From the IMG/VR virus record IMGVR_UViG_3300033073_000738, positions 57,015-121,014 of that record: a DNA stretch of 64,000 nt. One strand, given 5' to 3'. This document shows positions 29,505 to 40,377 of this stretch, in pieces. The translations under genes and the position numbers were made by a program. Every line of letters begins with the position of its first letter. Within the stretch, counting starts at the first letter, position 1. Below the pieces are notes generated by a model that saw nothing but the letters and a program-made list of their open reading frames with translations, was not told the DNA's origin and ran no database searches. This DNA comes from a virus. Its lineage: Duplodnaviria > Caudoviricetes.

Positions 29505-31196
29505 TTAAGAAAGAGCATAAAGAACATAACAAAGATCATCGGTGGCTCCCGATGTACCTACACTATCATAAGTTGTAAATGCCCAGGTGGTGCCGTTGTA
29601 ATACGCACATCTACCAGGAGCTGTGGGTGAACTAATGTCTACTACCACCCCTATCTTGTTACTGGAACTACCACTTGAATACTCAATAGCAATCCAATAG
29701 ATGGTACCAGCAGTCATCGTATAGGGTGATGCAAACGTGAAAGTATATTGTGTTTCTGTAGCAGATATAGTAGATGCTGATATTGCAGTGGAAGTAGCCA
29801 GTGCAGTACCAGTGGGTTTACCAGTAGTACCAAAGGTTCCTCCATCATCTGCAAACAAAGAAGCTGTAATATTACCAGTAGGTGAACCAGTAGCACGAAG
29901 GTTTACACTCACTTTGCTAAATGCTCCATCTATTCCTGTAAAAGATTGAGCCATTTTAGTGTTCTGTGTAGCAGCTATGTAGTTAAACTGGTCACCATTG
30001 AGATTGGCATCATAAGTATCAAAAGCTGCTTCTACCAAAGGTGTTGTATATATATAAAAACACATATCTTTTGTAGAAGGATAACTTAAATAAGTAGTTG
30101 TATTTAATACTTGATAAAATGAATTTCCAGTATATGATGATGAACTAGAATCATATTGAATTTGAAAGTAAGGATCTGTAGCAATATTTGCTACAGCACA
30201 ATCTATAACAATTGCGTAAACAGTTCCTGATGCAGCTAAAAATGGTGTTTCAAAATTAAATGTAACTAAAAAATTACCAGAAATTGGATATTCAGGATAT
30301 AAAGTAATACTATTTGATTGTGCTAAGAATGAACCAGTTGGTAAATTACCAGATGTCGCAAAAATTTTAGCACTAAAATCACCATTACCAGCGTTACCAA
30401 TTGAGTATATGACAAATCTATTTATATAAGCTCCAGTGCCTGTAAAAGTTATACCAGGATTTTGAATACCAGTTTGACCTATAACAACATAAGAATCTGC
30501 ATTTGACATATTGTATTTAATTGTACTATATGTACCACTTATACCATATAAATTAAAACATAAACTTGTAGAAGTAGTTGCTGTCCAAGCACCACCAGAA
30601 GTTGTTTTATAAGAAGCATTTCCTGCCACAAGACCAGCTGTACTAATAACACCTAAATTCATACTACCTGCTGCAGCTGTACCAGCATATTCACAAACAA
30701 TAAAATAGTTTGTTCCTGATGTAGTTTTATAAGGATCAAGAAATAAATCAGTTGCAACATAAAGTGCATCAGTAGGTACATATGCTGGAGATATACCAAA
30801 ACTTGTAGCTAAAGCAGCACCTGTTGGTACACCTGTTGATCCAAAAGTTCCACTATGAGCATATATTTTAAAATAAATTGTACCATCACCACTAAAACCT
30901 CTAAACTTGAAACTTACTGCTGATATATAAGAACCATCGCCTGTAAAAGATTGACCATAAGAATAATAATTTCCAGTTGCAGCTAATGTAACAACAGAAT
31001 CAACAATATCAAAACTTGTTAATATTATAACTTTTGAGTCTTTACAAAAGTCAAACTTTTGATTATCAAAAACAGTATCTACACCATCACCACTTCCTGA
31101 AAAATCTGCTGGTTTACCAAATGCAATATTAGCACCAGTACCTACTAGTAAAGGTCTTCGATAAGATTGACCAACTCCTGTACGTAATAGAGACAT
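29505..31196 (-). CDS. Receptor-binding/adhesin-like protein with three tandem beta-sandwich repeats (choice-of-anchor R-like)
   Basis: Three repeats of (G/A)QSFTG...G.PTG..LA.S...GT.Y.I....(D)(L/M)C(F/Y)..Y; strongly A/T-ending codons. Confidence 0.6.
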   Translation of the reverse strand: MSLLRTGVGQSYRRPLLVGTGANIAFGKPADFSGSGDGVDTVFDNQKFDFCKDSKVIILTSFDIVDSVVTLAATGNYYSYGQSFTGDGSYISAVSFKFRGFSGDGTIYFKIYAHSGTFGSTGVPTGAALATSFGISPAYVPTDALYVATDLFLDPYKTTSGTNYFIVCEYAGTAAAGSMNLGVISTAGLVAGNASYKTTSGGAWTATTSTSLCFNLYGISGTYSTIKYNMSNADSYVVIGQTGIQNPGITFTGTGAYINRFVIYSIGNAGNGDFSAKIFATSGNLPTGSFLAQSNSITLYPEYPISGNFLVTFNFETPFLAASGTVYAIVIDCAVANIATDPYFQIQYDSSSSSYTGNSFYQVLNTTTYLSYPSTKDMCFYIYTTPLVEAAFDTYDANLNGDQFNYIAATQNTKMAQSFTGIDGAFSKVSVNLRATGSPTGNITASLFADDGGTFGTTGKPTGTALATSTAISASTISATETQYTFTFASPYTMTAGTIYWIAIEYSSGSSSNKIGVVVDISSPTAPGRCAYYNGTTWAFTTYDSVGTSGATDDLCYVLYALS

Positions 31197-34100
31197 TAAA
31201 TAATCATTTGATAATTAACAAAAGATCCTACTCTTGGTGTTACAGTACTAGTTGTTCCACCAGATGCAAATTGTGGTTGAATAGTACCAGCAGTTGTAAC
31301 ACTCATTGCAAATCCTTCAATTATAACCATATTAGAAATAGTTGAAGAACCAGTGTTTGCTCCTGTTACTCCTAACGCAGCAAGTTGTTGTACAGCATAA
31401 ACTGCTGCTCTTGTATATGTTGCAGTGTCATTTGTTGCTTGTCCATTCCATTTTACAGTATAATAAAAAGTTGCAGCAGGTGTTGATCCTGTTACACCTA
31501 CTAATCCCCATCTAGAACCAACACCATTTGCTGTAGTTGAATATGGTATTACAAATTTAAAATAGTAGCTTTTACCAACTACTAATGGTAATTGTAAAAA
31601 TGTAAACGGAACTAATGTAGTGTTAGAACTAGCTGGCATTGTACCTGTAGTTACTACTTTAGTTTGAACAGCATTTCCTTGAGATATACCTCCTAGTAAA
31701 TACCATTGATTTGCTGCTACTTTTAACACAGTTGCTGCACTCCATTGTGCATTAATAGTTCTAGAACCAGTTGATGAATTTAGTGTAACAGTTCCATCGA
31801 ATGGAGCAAAACTAGTTGGTCCTGTTCCATATTGTGTAACCATTATTTGAGTACCAATTGGAAAAGGAACTTGTGCATTTGTTGGAATAGTAACTGTATT
31901 TGCTATTGTATTATCCATTTCAACAACTCTACTAACATCATCTAAAGCAAGAGTATATGCTGCAACACCTGTTTGTCTATTAAATAATACTGGACCTGCA
32001 TTAGGTTCAAAACTCCATACATTTGTTGTAATTTGAATAAGTCTAGCTATACCATAGTTTCCAGATATATAATAACCATTAGTAGTTGTTGATGTTGATG
32101 AACCTGCATATGCTGACGTTAATGTTACACCTGTTGTTGCAGGTCTAATAAAACATCTACCACTACCTGCACTTGAATTCATTCTTACATAAAAATAACT
32201 ACCAACAGAACCAAGACCAGTAGGTATTGTTAAAACACCATCACCATCTAATTGTAAATCAAGTATACCACCTAAATCACCAGTTGCAACAGCTCTAGAT
32301 GCGGTTGCACTAGTAAATGTAAAGGTAGTGCTACCACCTGCAGGAGTAGACCATGTACCATCTCCTCGTAAAAAAGTTGTAGAAGAAGGTGTACCAGTGG
32401 CTGATATTTTAGCCATAGTTACTGCACCATTATCTATAGTCCAAACAGTTCCTGTACTTGATACTGTAATATCTCCTTTATCTCCATCAGTTATACCTGC
32501 ACCACCTGTTGCATTCAGTGTACCTGCAGTAATAGATAAGTTAGTTCCAAGGTTAACCAATGTACCATCAGCTGCAAGAAGTTGACTTGATGTTCCCGAA
32601 ATATAAGAGATGGTACCTGTTACTGATTTTACAATTCCTGATCCGCCTGTTAAAGCAGCTTGTTTACTATTAAAATTATCATAGTCTGATTTACTAATCA
32701 ATCCAGCAGTAACACTAGTAGCAGATGCTAAAGGTATATTGAGTGTATGAGTACTAGTAACAGAACTCCAGTTAGGTGCTGTACCAGTTGTACCAGGTGT
32801 AGCAAATGTTTGTGTGGCAGCTGTTAATCCATTAAGTGATGTGATTGCTGCAGTAAGATAGACATTGGTATCTAGTGTAAATGTATTAGCAGCCGTCATC
32901 TTTACAAATGGTGCTCCTGATCCTGGATAAGACAACCCTGCTAAACTAGTTAAATTACTAGCTAAAGGTTGTGCACCTATTGAATTATAAGATATAGTGA
33001 CTGCTGTAGATCCATTGTACGTACTACCACTCGCAGCACCCGTTCCACTATTGTTAATAGTAAGTGCAGCTAAGTTATTACCTAAAGAAATACCAGAAAT
33101 AGTACTAGCAGCAAGATCTGTAATGGGTATACTAGAAATGTAGGATACTGTCGTACCACTCATCTTTACATAACCGGTACCACTTAATGCGGACTGGTAT
33201 GCTCCACTTCCGGCAAACTTTACAAAGGTGATAGCTGTTGTACCTACAGTTACCGCATCATTGGTACACACCCACGCACTGTCCTGGTTCGCTGTACCTT
33301 GTTCTACAAAACAATAAGAACCCGGAAATTCTACAGCAGCATCCATATCAGTAGCCCTGGACCATGCACTAGCTGCTACTATATATATCCCATTTTGGGA
33401 ACCCGTGGTCTGGTCTTTAACCAAGACCCGATCCCCTGCTACTACAGCTATCCCGTCAATGGTTTGTGTACCAGAAAGGGTGATGTTGGCAGTGGTAGCT
33501 ACTTTTACAGAAGCTTTGGGATCCAGCCCTTGTAAGAAACTATCCACCTCTGTTTTAGTATAGGCATCGGTGATACCGTATCCAGAAATAGTAGTAGGTA
33601 ATCCTGATGTAATAGCTGACCAGGCATGTGTGTGAGAAGCAGCGGCTGCTCCCACTGTAGAATAATCTATGGTTCTAGCTGCAGATCCATTGTAAGTTGT
33701 ACCAGCAACCGCACCACCTGTTGTATTGAATGTTATAGCATTGGTTACTGAACCTGCACTACCGGTTATACTTCCTGTAGAAGTAATATAACCACTGGGA
33801 TTGGTAGAATTATATGGAGTGTAACCTAGTGCTGTTGTAATATCTGTTGAACCTACTGCTGTGTTACCGGTGACTCTTCCCTTGGTGTCTAACGTGATCT
33901 TAACAAAAGAGCTGCCGGCACCTTGTGTAATTGTAGCAAGTGTGGTAGTGATAGCCGTTGTACCTGACCCAGTTACATCTCCAGATAAAGTGATGTTTTC
34001 ATTACCCGATATATACGTAGGGGTAAAGAATTCATAGGCTGTATTTCCAGCATTCCTACGTAAAAGCTGACTAGCAGTACCCGTAATGGCTGTTACAGCA

Positions 34101-35500
34101 GAGGTGCCGTTACCTACTAAAATACCTGTCAGTGTCGTAGCTCCTGTACCCCCTTGAGCTACAGTGACCGCAGCGTTGGTAGTAAGTATGGTAGCACTGG
34201 CATCAGGAAGTGTAAACGTTTTTTCTGCAGTAGTAGGTCCGGTAAACTTGGTAAATCCGTTACCGGTGCCTCCGTAAGTAGAAGCAATAATCTGCGTTAA
34301 ATCAGCTGACCCGTTAAAACTGTTTCCATAGATAGATCGTGCTGTTGTAAGTGTAGCTGCACTACCTGTGGTATTTGAACCAATAGTGGCAGGAAGATCA
34401 GCTCCAAGAATAGTACGAAAACTCGGTATTCCAGATGTCCCACTTGGTGCAGCCAAGAATGTGTTCTGCGTCTGGGTACTGAAATTAGAAGGCAATACAG
34501 AAAGCGTACCTCCCAAGGTTATTGTCACTGCACCAGAAGAAGTGTTTGAAGAAAGCACTATACCACTTACCGATCCTGATGCACTCACACTTGTAATAGT
34601 ACCATTAGACAACGCTATAGTAGTGCTGCCGTTGAAAAAATACAAAGCACCACCTGTATACCACAAGTCACCAGAAGTGGGTGATGTAACTGCAACTCCA
34701 GAATTAAATCTTATAGATGATTTGATACTTGTAGAAGCTGCTATTTCTAAATAAGTACCCGCACTTGGTGCAGCAGCTAGTCCTATACCTATAGAAGCAT
34801 TGGTAGAATCATATCTTAATGCAGACCCAAATGTAACGTTTGCACTGAATGTCTTAACACCGGTGATAGTTTCTGTGCCAGCTAAGTGCACTACACTAGC
34901 GTCGGTTGCTCCACCAAGACCTGCTAACGTATAGTTAGGAATGTTTAGAGCTCCTGTACCTGAGTTATACGTAGCTGCACCCGATGATCCTGTAGTGGTT
35001 AAAGATAGTGTAACACCGCTACCACCAGAAGGAATAGTTTGACTAGATAATACACCAGTATTAGTCACTACAACCATTCTAGTACCACTTCCAGATAAAT
35101 TACTTAATGTAATAATACCAGATAATGTTTTATCACCTGCAAACGTTTGAGTTCCTGTACTAACTAAACCTCTAGCTGTAGCTGATGCATCAGGTAAATT
35201 AAAAGTATGTACACTACCAGAAGAAGTAATTGTAAAATTAGTTCCTGTAGTAGATGTAGCAAATGTTTGTGTACTAACACTTAAACCATTTAATGATAAT
35301 AATCCACCACCTATACCAGATACATCTAGATTTATAGTGACATCACCAGTACCGCTATCTACACCAGTGGATGTTATAGACACACCTGTACCAGCAATAA
35401 TTTTTCTAATTACAGCTTGTGTAGGCGTTGTTGTATTTAGATCATATCTAATTATTGAACCACCTAATATATCTGTTGCACCGTCTATGTATTCTGCCAT
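31196..35500 (-). CDS. Long tail fibre protein
   Basis: 1434 aa from MAEY (ATG overlaps the upstream stop); G/T/S-rich; fibre modules such as GLDPKASVKVATTANITLSGTQTIDG...GDRVLVKDQ...NGIY, DGDKGDITVS and TIPTNAQVPFPIGTQI. Confidence 0.8.
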   Translation of the reverse strand: MAEYIDGATDILGGSIIRYDLNTTTPTQAVIRKIIAGTGVSITSTGVDSGTGDVTINLDVSGIGGGLLSLNGLSVSTQTFATSTTGTNFTITSSGSVHTFNLPDASATARGLVSTGTQTFAGDKTLSGIITLSNLSGSGTRMVVVTNTGVLSSQTIPSGGSGVTLSLTTTGSSGAATYNSGTGALNIPNYTLAGLGGATDASVVHLAGTETITGVKTFSANVTFGSALRYDSTNASIGIGLAAAPSAGTYLEIAASTSIKSSIRFNSGVAVTSPTSGDLWYTGGALYFFNGSTTIALSNGTITSVSASGSVSGIVLSSNTSSGAVTITLGGTLSVLPSNFSTQTQNTFLAAPSGTSGIPSFRTILGADLPATIGSNTTGSAATLTTARSIYGNSFNGSADLTQIIASTYGGTGNGFTKFTGPTTAEKTFTLPDASATILTTNAAVTVAQGGTGATTLTGILVGNGTSAVTAITGTASQLLRRNAGNTAYEFFTPTYISGNENITLSGDVTGSGTTAITTTLATITQGAGSSFVKITLDTKGRVTGNTAVGSTDITTALGYTPYNSTNPSGYITSTGSITGSAGSVTNAITFNTTGGAVAGTTYNGSAARTIDYSTVGAAAASHTHAWSAITSGLPTTISGYGITDAYTKTEVDSFLQGLDPKASVKVATTANITLSGTQTIDGIAVVAGDRVLVKDQTTGSQNGIYIVAASAWSRATDMDAAVEFPGSYCFVEQGTANQDSAWVCTNDAVTVGTTAITFVKFAGSGAYQSALSGTGYVKMSGTTVSYISSIPITDLAASTISGISLGNNLAALTINNSGTGAASGSTYNGSTAVTISYNSIGAQPLASNLTSLAGLSYPGSGAPFVKMTAANTFTLDTNVYLTAAITSLNGLTAATQTFATPGTTGTAPNWSSVTSTHTLNIPLASATSVTAGLISKSDYDNFNSKQAALTGGSGIVKSVTGTISYISGTSSQLLAADGTLVNLGTNLSITAGTLNATGGAGITDGDKGDITVSSTGTVWTIDNGAVTMAKISATGTPSSTTFLRGDGTWSTPAGGSTTFTFTSATASRAVATGDLGGILDLQLDGDGVLTIPTGLGSVGSYFYVRMNSSAGSGRCFIRPATTGVTLTSAYAGSSTSTTTNGYYISGNYGIARLIQITTNVWSFEPNAGPVLFNRQTGVAAYTLALDDVSRVVEMDNTIANTVTIPTNAQVPFPIGTQIMVTQYGTGPTSFAPFDGTVTLNSSTGSRTINAQWSAATVLKVAANQWYLLGGISQGNAVQTKVVTTGTMPASSNTTLVPFTFLQLPLVVGKSYYFKFVIPYSTTANGVGSRWGLVGVTGSTPAATFYYTVKWNGQATNDTATYTRAAVYAVQQLAALGVTGANTGSSTISNMVIIEGFAMSVTTAGTIQPQFASGGTTSTVTPRVGSFVNYQMII

Positions 35501-35907
35501 TACACTATGTTTTTCCACCACATCCAGCCCAGTAGCCTTACGATGCAGTATCTTAAATAGTTATCAAACTTGTTTGAGTTGGTTATATTGAGCCAGTAGA
35601 GCATCTCATCATCAGCTTGCTTTCTGGTCAAACTGTGTTTTTCCCGGTGTATGTACAGATAGTCATGTATGAGAAAAGCTATGAGTCCGTCATTAAAGGG
35701 TCTTACGATGCTCCACAACCACTTGGGCACCGTAGCCATGTCGTATACAAATCCTCTAGGTATAGAGATAATGTCACCGGTACTAAGTTGTACGGTGAGC
35801 GGTTGTATAATCATCCAATACTTGCTGCTTACATTGGAGTAGACATAAGACTGGATGATCAACAGATCCGTCATAAGTTTCCGTATGACATTGTTTTTAG
35901 TGATCAT
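35500..35907 (-). CDS. DUF1353-family protein
   Basis: IPRGFVYDMATVP...LIHDYLY...RKQADDEM...VRLLG motif. Confidence 0.8.
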   Translation of the reverse strand: MITKNNVIRKLMTDLLIIQSYVYSNVSSKYWMIIQPLTVQLSTGDIISIPRGFVYDMATVPKWLWSIVRPFNDGLIAFLIHDYLYIHREKHSLTRKQADDEMLYWLNITNSNKFDNYLRYCIVRLLGWMWWKNIV

Positions 35908-35922
35908 TAGTTATCTAACTTA

Positions 35923-38900
35923 TTACCAATGAGCGTTCCACACTGTACCATCCCATGTTTCAATTTTATTCGTTGTTGTGTTATAAATAGACAAACCAAC
36001 AGCTGGTGATGATATTGCATTTCTACTAGTTGTTGTCATTCTGGGTGGTAAGAATCCTTGTGTAGTAGAATCTATTTGTAAAGCTGCACTAGCACTAGGA
36101 CTAGCTACATTGGAAAGAGTTCCTGATCCACCTTTGATCCACCATCTAGATGTTAAAGTTTGGGTAGTTGTACCAGTAGTTGTTGCAGTAGATGTAGCAA
36201 AAATAACGTCTCCAGGTGTTCCTGTACCTGTACCTCTACCTGCGTTAATAGTGAAGCTTGCTCCAACCAAATCTGTACCTGTACCACTTGGTGCATAAAA
36301 GTTCAAATTTGCTGATGCAGGTGTTGTAACAAAAGCACCAGCACCAAAATAAAAATAGTTCATGTATGAAGCACTATTAAAACCACCACCAATAAAAGCG
36401 TGTGGGCTTGCAGTAGCAGAACCTAATGTTTTTGCTGCATCATTACCTTCATATCCTGTAGGCATCAAATGCAATGAATAAGACAAATTACTTGTCAAAT
36501 TTATAGCATCCGTACCTCCTATAATTATATTATTTACTCCTGTTGTAATACCTCTTCCTGTATTTCTACCAATTAAAATAGAACCTAATCCACCTGTAGT
36601 AATACTACTTCCTGCAGATACTCCAATACACACCATAGAATTATTGGCAGTACCGCTTACACTAGAACCCGCATATGGACCTATAAATATACTTTGAGGA
36701 GCTGTAGAGGTACCTCCAGCTGAAGTAGTTTCACCGTTTACACCTCCATCTATAACTATTTTTCCATTAGCTGCGTTATTAAATAATATAGTACCAGGTC
36801 TTAAAATAGTAGTGCTTATTGCTCCATTAACCTCTAACTTATTAACATTAGGTACTGAACCAGAAGCATATCCTATAGCAACATTACCTGTATTGTATTT
36901 TATAATAAGTCTTTCAGAAAGAGTCTGGAGATTGGTTCCTGAAGAAGTTATACTAGAGGTTTGAAATATAAGGTCGCCTCCATTAGCTGTACCAGTACCT
37001 CTACCTGCTGCTATAGTAAAATTACCACCAAAAATATCAGTACCTATACCACTTGGTGCAAAAAAAGTTATCGCAGAAGTTGAAACAGGATAACCATGAT
37101 TAATGAATGGAGCAGCACCAAAATAAAATTGATTATTAGCATTACCACTTGAATATCCACCTATAAACGTCCAATGATTTGTACTAGGATAATTATAGTT
37201 TGTTCCTTGAGTACTATTTTCACCTGAGGAGTTAATTACTAATATCCCACTTTGAGCACCAGTAAAAAGATATCCAACATTACCAATCATTACGTTTGCA
37301 CTTCCTGTTGATATTCCATTACCACCTAATCCAAAATAGTGATTATTTGTACCGCTTGTAAGAGCTCCACTTGCACTTCTTCCAACTATTGTGTTACTAG
37401 TACCAGTTATTGAATAAGAGTTAATTGGATTAATTATAACATTCCTAACAGCATCACTACCAACCATAGAAGATCCACCAATATAAATACTTCCATCAGT
37501 ACTACCATTCTTTATTATAATAGGAGTAAATGAAAATGTAGAATCAGCTATAGTAAGAGGTTTATTAAATTTAACTGCACCGTTTACCTCAAGTTTGTTA
37601 GTTGCAGAAGGTACTGTACCTATTCCAACACTACCACCTTCTATATATACATCACCACTACCTGCATGAAAAGCATAATGATTTACTACACCAGTTAGAC
37701 TATTAACAGTAGGTTTGTAATATATACCTCTAAGAATATGACCTGTTCCATCAGTATAAGCATATGTAGGTGTAATATTCAGTATATTGGTTACTATGTT
37801 ATTTTGAGTTGATAGAATTACACCTATTTTATCATAAGTTGTAGTTAGAGTAAATAAATTACCAATCTGATATGTTCCACTAGAACTTACCGTACCCCCA
37901 TACTTTGCCCCAAAATAATATACAGATTGCACTGATGAGAAAGAACCAAATCTCAAATCACCCATGAAACCTAATGACTTATATTGCATTGCACTATTAG
38001 TAGTATTGTGCTGTGTTGCATAAGTCACTCCATCATTAGTAACACCTATTTGCCCTTGATCAAAGAAATTAATAGTACCTGTATTTACCTGTCTACCAAA
38101 TATATGACCATCAGCTCTTATACCAGCATAGGATGAGACATTGGTTGCAAGAACTTGTTGACTATATGTACCTGTTGTCCAAGCTCCACCACCACTTCCT
38201 AAATCAACAATAGATGTGTTGTTAGAAGACATGGCAAAAGCATCTGTATACGGATTGTTGGCATTTGCAACAGGGTCTTGACCTGGAGCTAAATATCTTC
38301 TAAAAATTCGCCAACCAAATATTCCATTACCTGCATTTCCATTACCTATAGTGATAGTAACCTTACCTGTAGTTACACCAGTACCAAACGTTACTGCTTG
38401 TTCATTAGATTGTGTGGCAATTTGACCAGCCCAATCATAAAACACGACACGATAGTAATAAATACCTTCAACTAATACTCCTGTACCTCCTGTAGTTGAA
38501 GTTGAAGAAACAAGAGTTAGAGTTGGTGTAGGATTGGTAATATTTCCAACTGCTAAATATGTAGTATCTGTTACGTGAACAGTATTTATAAGAGTATTAT
38601 AACTTCCGTTAGCTGTGTATAGCTTTAACTTTTTAGATAGTCCATTGCCAAGACTAAATGTTTGATAACCACCACTGGTAATGAACAACTCATACGACCC
38701 TTGCTGAATGTAACTCCAGTAGTTACCATCAAAAGCTCCAACAGATGCACTAGAAGGACGTAGCACTATTTGCGTATTTCCAGAACCAGCATCTAATACT
38801 TGAAATACACCCGATTGATTAGCGTAGGTTCCAGAAAATGGATAAGTTGTATCACCGACAGAAAAACCGACAGCACCAACATACTTTGATCCTGTAACAC

Positions 38901-39606
38901 GTGCAGACCCACTTACATCAAACTTATATGATCCACTTGGAACAGCAGAATACCCTATATACGTACTACCTGAAGTAGTATTGAATAAGTTGTTACCTTG
39001 TACAGTCTGTATAGCAGTGAGAGCTCCTGCATTGGTGGTTACTGAAAAGTCAATTAAGAGAGCCCGACTGTTTGCCCCTTGTGTACCTGTATTTACAGGC
39101 ATAAGTAGATTAACTAATGTAGTAGTGAAACTACCGCTATTAGCTTCAGGTGTTGCAGAAGTAAATGTAAAGACTGATTGGTTACTCCCATAGCCTCCAA
39201 CATTATTTGTTGTAAATATCAGACTATTGGCATAAATAGTTTTGTTAGCAGAAGTAGAGCCGTTAAAAGAAAGAAAGTCATATAGGAAAACACCACCACC
39301 TACATTAAGCCGACTTTGAAATATCACACCTACAGAAGAAGTAGCACCGCTGAATGTAATAGTATTACCACCTAATGTAACAGTTCTATTACCTGTAAGC
39401 GTACCATCTATGTTATAAATGTTGGAACCCACTTCTGTCCAGGTAGAGGTAGTAGCATTATAGTAGTACACCTTCTTAGCGGTGGTGTTGTAATACAACT
39501 GACCATCCACCGCACCTGTAGGGGCAGCAGAAAGGTTGTGCAACACCGGACTGACCAATTGATTCTGGTCCAAATCTATATTGTGTAGGTACTTTTTTGT
39601 AGGCAT
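35923..39606 (-). CDS. Tail fibre/spike protein with beta-helical repeats
   Basis: 1227 aa; DGQLYYNTT N-terminus; N..IG..AG repeats; C-terminal SAALQIDSTTQGFLPPRMTT...GLSIYNTT motif. Confidence 0.75.
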   Translation of the reverse strand: MPTKKYLHNIDLDQNQLVSPVLHNLSAAPTGAVDGQLYYNTTAKKVYYYNATTSTWTEVGSNIYNIDGTLTGNRTVTLGGNTITFSGATSSVGVIFQSRLNVGGGVFLYDFLSFNGSTSANKTIYANSLIFTTNNVGGYGSNQSVFTFTSATPEANSGSFTTTLVNLLMPVNTGTQGANSRALLIDFSVTTNAGALTAIQTVQGNNLFNTTSGSTYIGYSAVPSGSYKFDVSGSARVTGSKYVGAVGFSVGDTTYPFSGTYANQSGVFQVLDAGSGNTQIVLRPSSASVGAFDGNYWSYIQQGSYELFITSGGYQTFSLGNGLSKKLKLYTANGSYNTLINTVHVTDTTYLAVGNITNPTPTLTLVSSTSTTGGTGVLVEGIYYYRVVFYDWAGQIATQSNEQAVTFGTGVTTGKVTITIGNGNAGNGIFGWRIFRRYLAPGQDPVANANNPYTDAFAMSSNNTSIVDLGSGGGAWTTGTYSQQVLATNVSSYAGIRADGHIFGRQVNTGTINFFDQGQIGVTNDGVTYATQHNTTNSAMQYKSLGFMGDLRFGSFSSVQSVYYFGAKYGGTVSSSGTYQIGNLFTLTTTYDKIGVILSTQNNIVTNILNITPTYAYTDGTGHILRGIYYKPTVNSLTGVVNHYAFHAGSGDVYIEGGSVGIGTVPSATNKLEVNGAVKFNKPLTIADSTFSFTPIIIKNGSTDGSIYIGGSSMVGSDAVRNVIINPINSYSITGTSNTIVGRSASGALTSGTNNHYFGLGGNGISTGSANVMIGNVGYLFTGAQSGILVINSSGENSTQGTNYNYPSTNHWTFIGGYSSGNANNQFYFGAAPFINHGYPVSTSAITFFAPSGIGTDIFGGNFTIAAGRGTGTANGGDLIFQTSSITSSGTNLQTLSERLIIKYNTGNVAIGYASGSVPNVNKLEVNGAISTTILRPGTILFNNAANGKIVIDGGVNGETTSAGGTSTAPQSIFIGPYAGSSVSGTANNSMVCIGVSAGSSITTGGLGSILIGRNTGRGITTGVNNIIIGGTDAINLTSNLSYSLHLMPTGYEGNDAAKTLGSATASPHAFIGGGFNSASYMNYFYFGAGAFVTTPASANLNFYAPSGTGTDLVGASFTINAGRGTGTGTPGDVIFATSTATTTGTTTQTLTSRWWIKGGSGTLSNVASPSASAALQIDSTTQGFLPPRMTTTSRNAISSPAVGLSIYNTTTNKIETWDGTVWNAHW

Positions 39607-39608
39607 AA

Positions 39609-40229
39609 TTAAGATAGATAAGCGAATCCAGAAACAGGTTTGCTAAAGCTGAGCACCAGGGTAGTCAACGTAGCACTGTCTACGTTTCCTATAATGTTCA
39701 CCCCACTGCTGTCAATGGTATAAAAGTTAGGCCTGAAACCAAGACCGTGGTTAATAGTCCAGGTAGTAGCAGCAGTCAATTGCTCGTATACAAACTGAGC
39801 AGTAGACCCCGTAGAAGTGTTGTTGATATTCACCGTAGGATTCAGATTGATCCGGGTAACACAACCACTGGCATTTACATCTATAATATTAGCTGCATTA
39901 CCACCTGGATAGTTGTAACCCAGACTAATACCTGAAGGAGCTACCTGTGTAGGACACTGATAGTATCCAGTTGAAGACAAACCCATAGTTGTATTGTTTT
40001 CCAAATAAGTGACAGGTAACCAAGTGGTATAAGACAGACTGGCTGTAGTGAGTGCACCTGCATCTTCATTAGCTTGCCAGTCCACAATCTGTTTACGCAT
40101 CAAGGCAGTATCTACAGGTGTGTATTGTTTAGCAGACGCTATACCATAACGTCTTTTCTTAAATATACCGGTGACCACCTCGGCAAACACCTTGTAGTGT
40201 TCTACCTTCTTAGGTAACAGATTTCTCAT
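39609..40229 (-). CDS. Virion structural protein
   Basis: C-terminal WTINHGLG..P...D..G....G...F..PVSGFAYLS fibre-type motif. Confidence 0.55.
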   Translation of the reverse strand: MRNLLPKKVEHYKVFAEVVTGIFKKRRYGIASAKQYTPVDTALMRKQIVDWQANEDAGALTTASLSYTTWLPVTYLENNTTMGLSSTGYYQCPTQVAPSGISLGYNYPGGNAANIIDVNASGCVTRINLNPTVNINNTSTGSTAQFVYEQLTAATTWTINHGLGFRPNFYTIDSSGVNIIGNVDSATLTTLVLSFSKPVSGFAYLS

Positions 40230-40231
40230 TT

Positions 40232-40366
40232 TTACTGTGTATTAGGTGTACTGAGCTGTTGCTCATAAATAGGAAGACAAGTTGAACATACTTGAGCTCC
40301 ATTAGATGCTGTACGAATTTGACATCCGCAAGTAATCTGCGAACCGCAATTTGGACATGTAGACAT
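40232..40366 (-). CDS. 44-aa Cys-rich microprotein (MSTCPNCGSQITCGCQIRTASNGAQVCSTC...)
   Basis: Read manually. Fills the gap between two genes; six Cys in CxxC, CxC and CxxC arrangement; A/C-rich initiation context. Confidence 0.7.
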   Translation of the reverse strand: MSTCPNCGSQITCGCQIRTASNGAQVCSTCLPIYEQQLSTPNTQ

Positions 40367-40377
40367 AGTATTGGTTT

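Noticed and set aside
29505-39606. Diversity-generating retroelement or invertible shufflon acting on the fibres
   Set aside because: No reverse transcriptase, recombinase or near-identical template/variable repeat pair is visible; the internal repeats are old, protein-level duplications.
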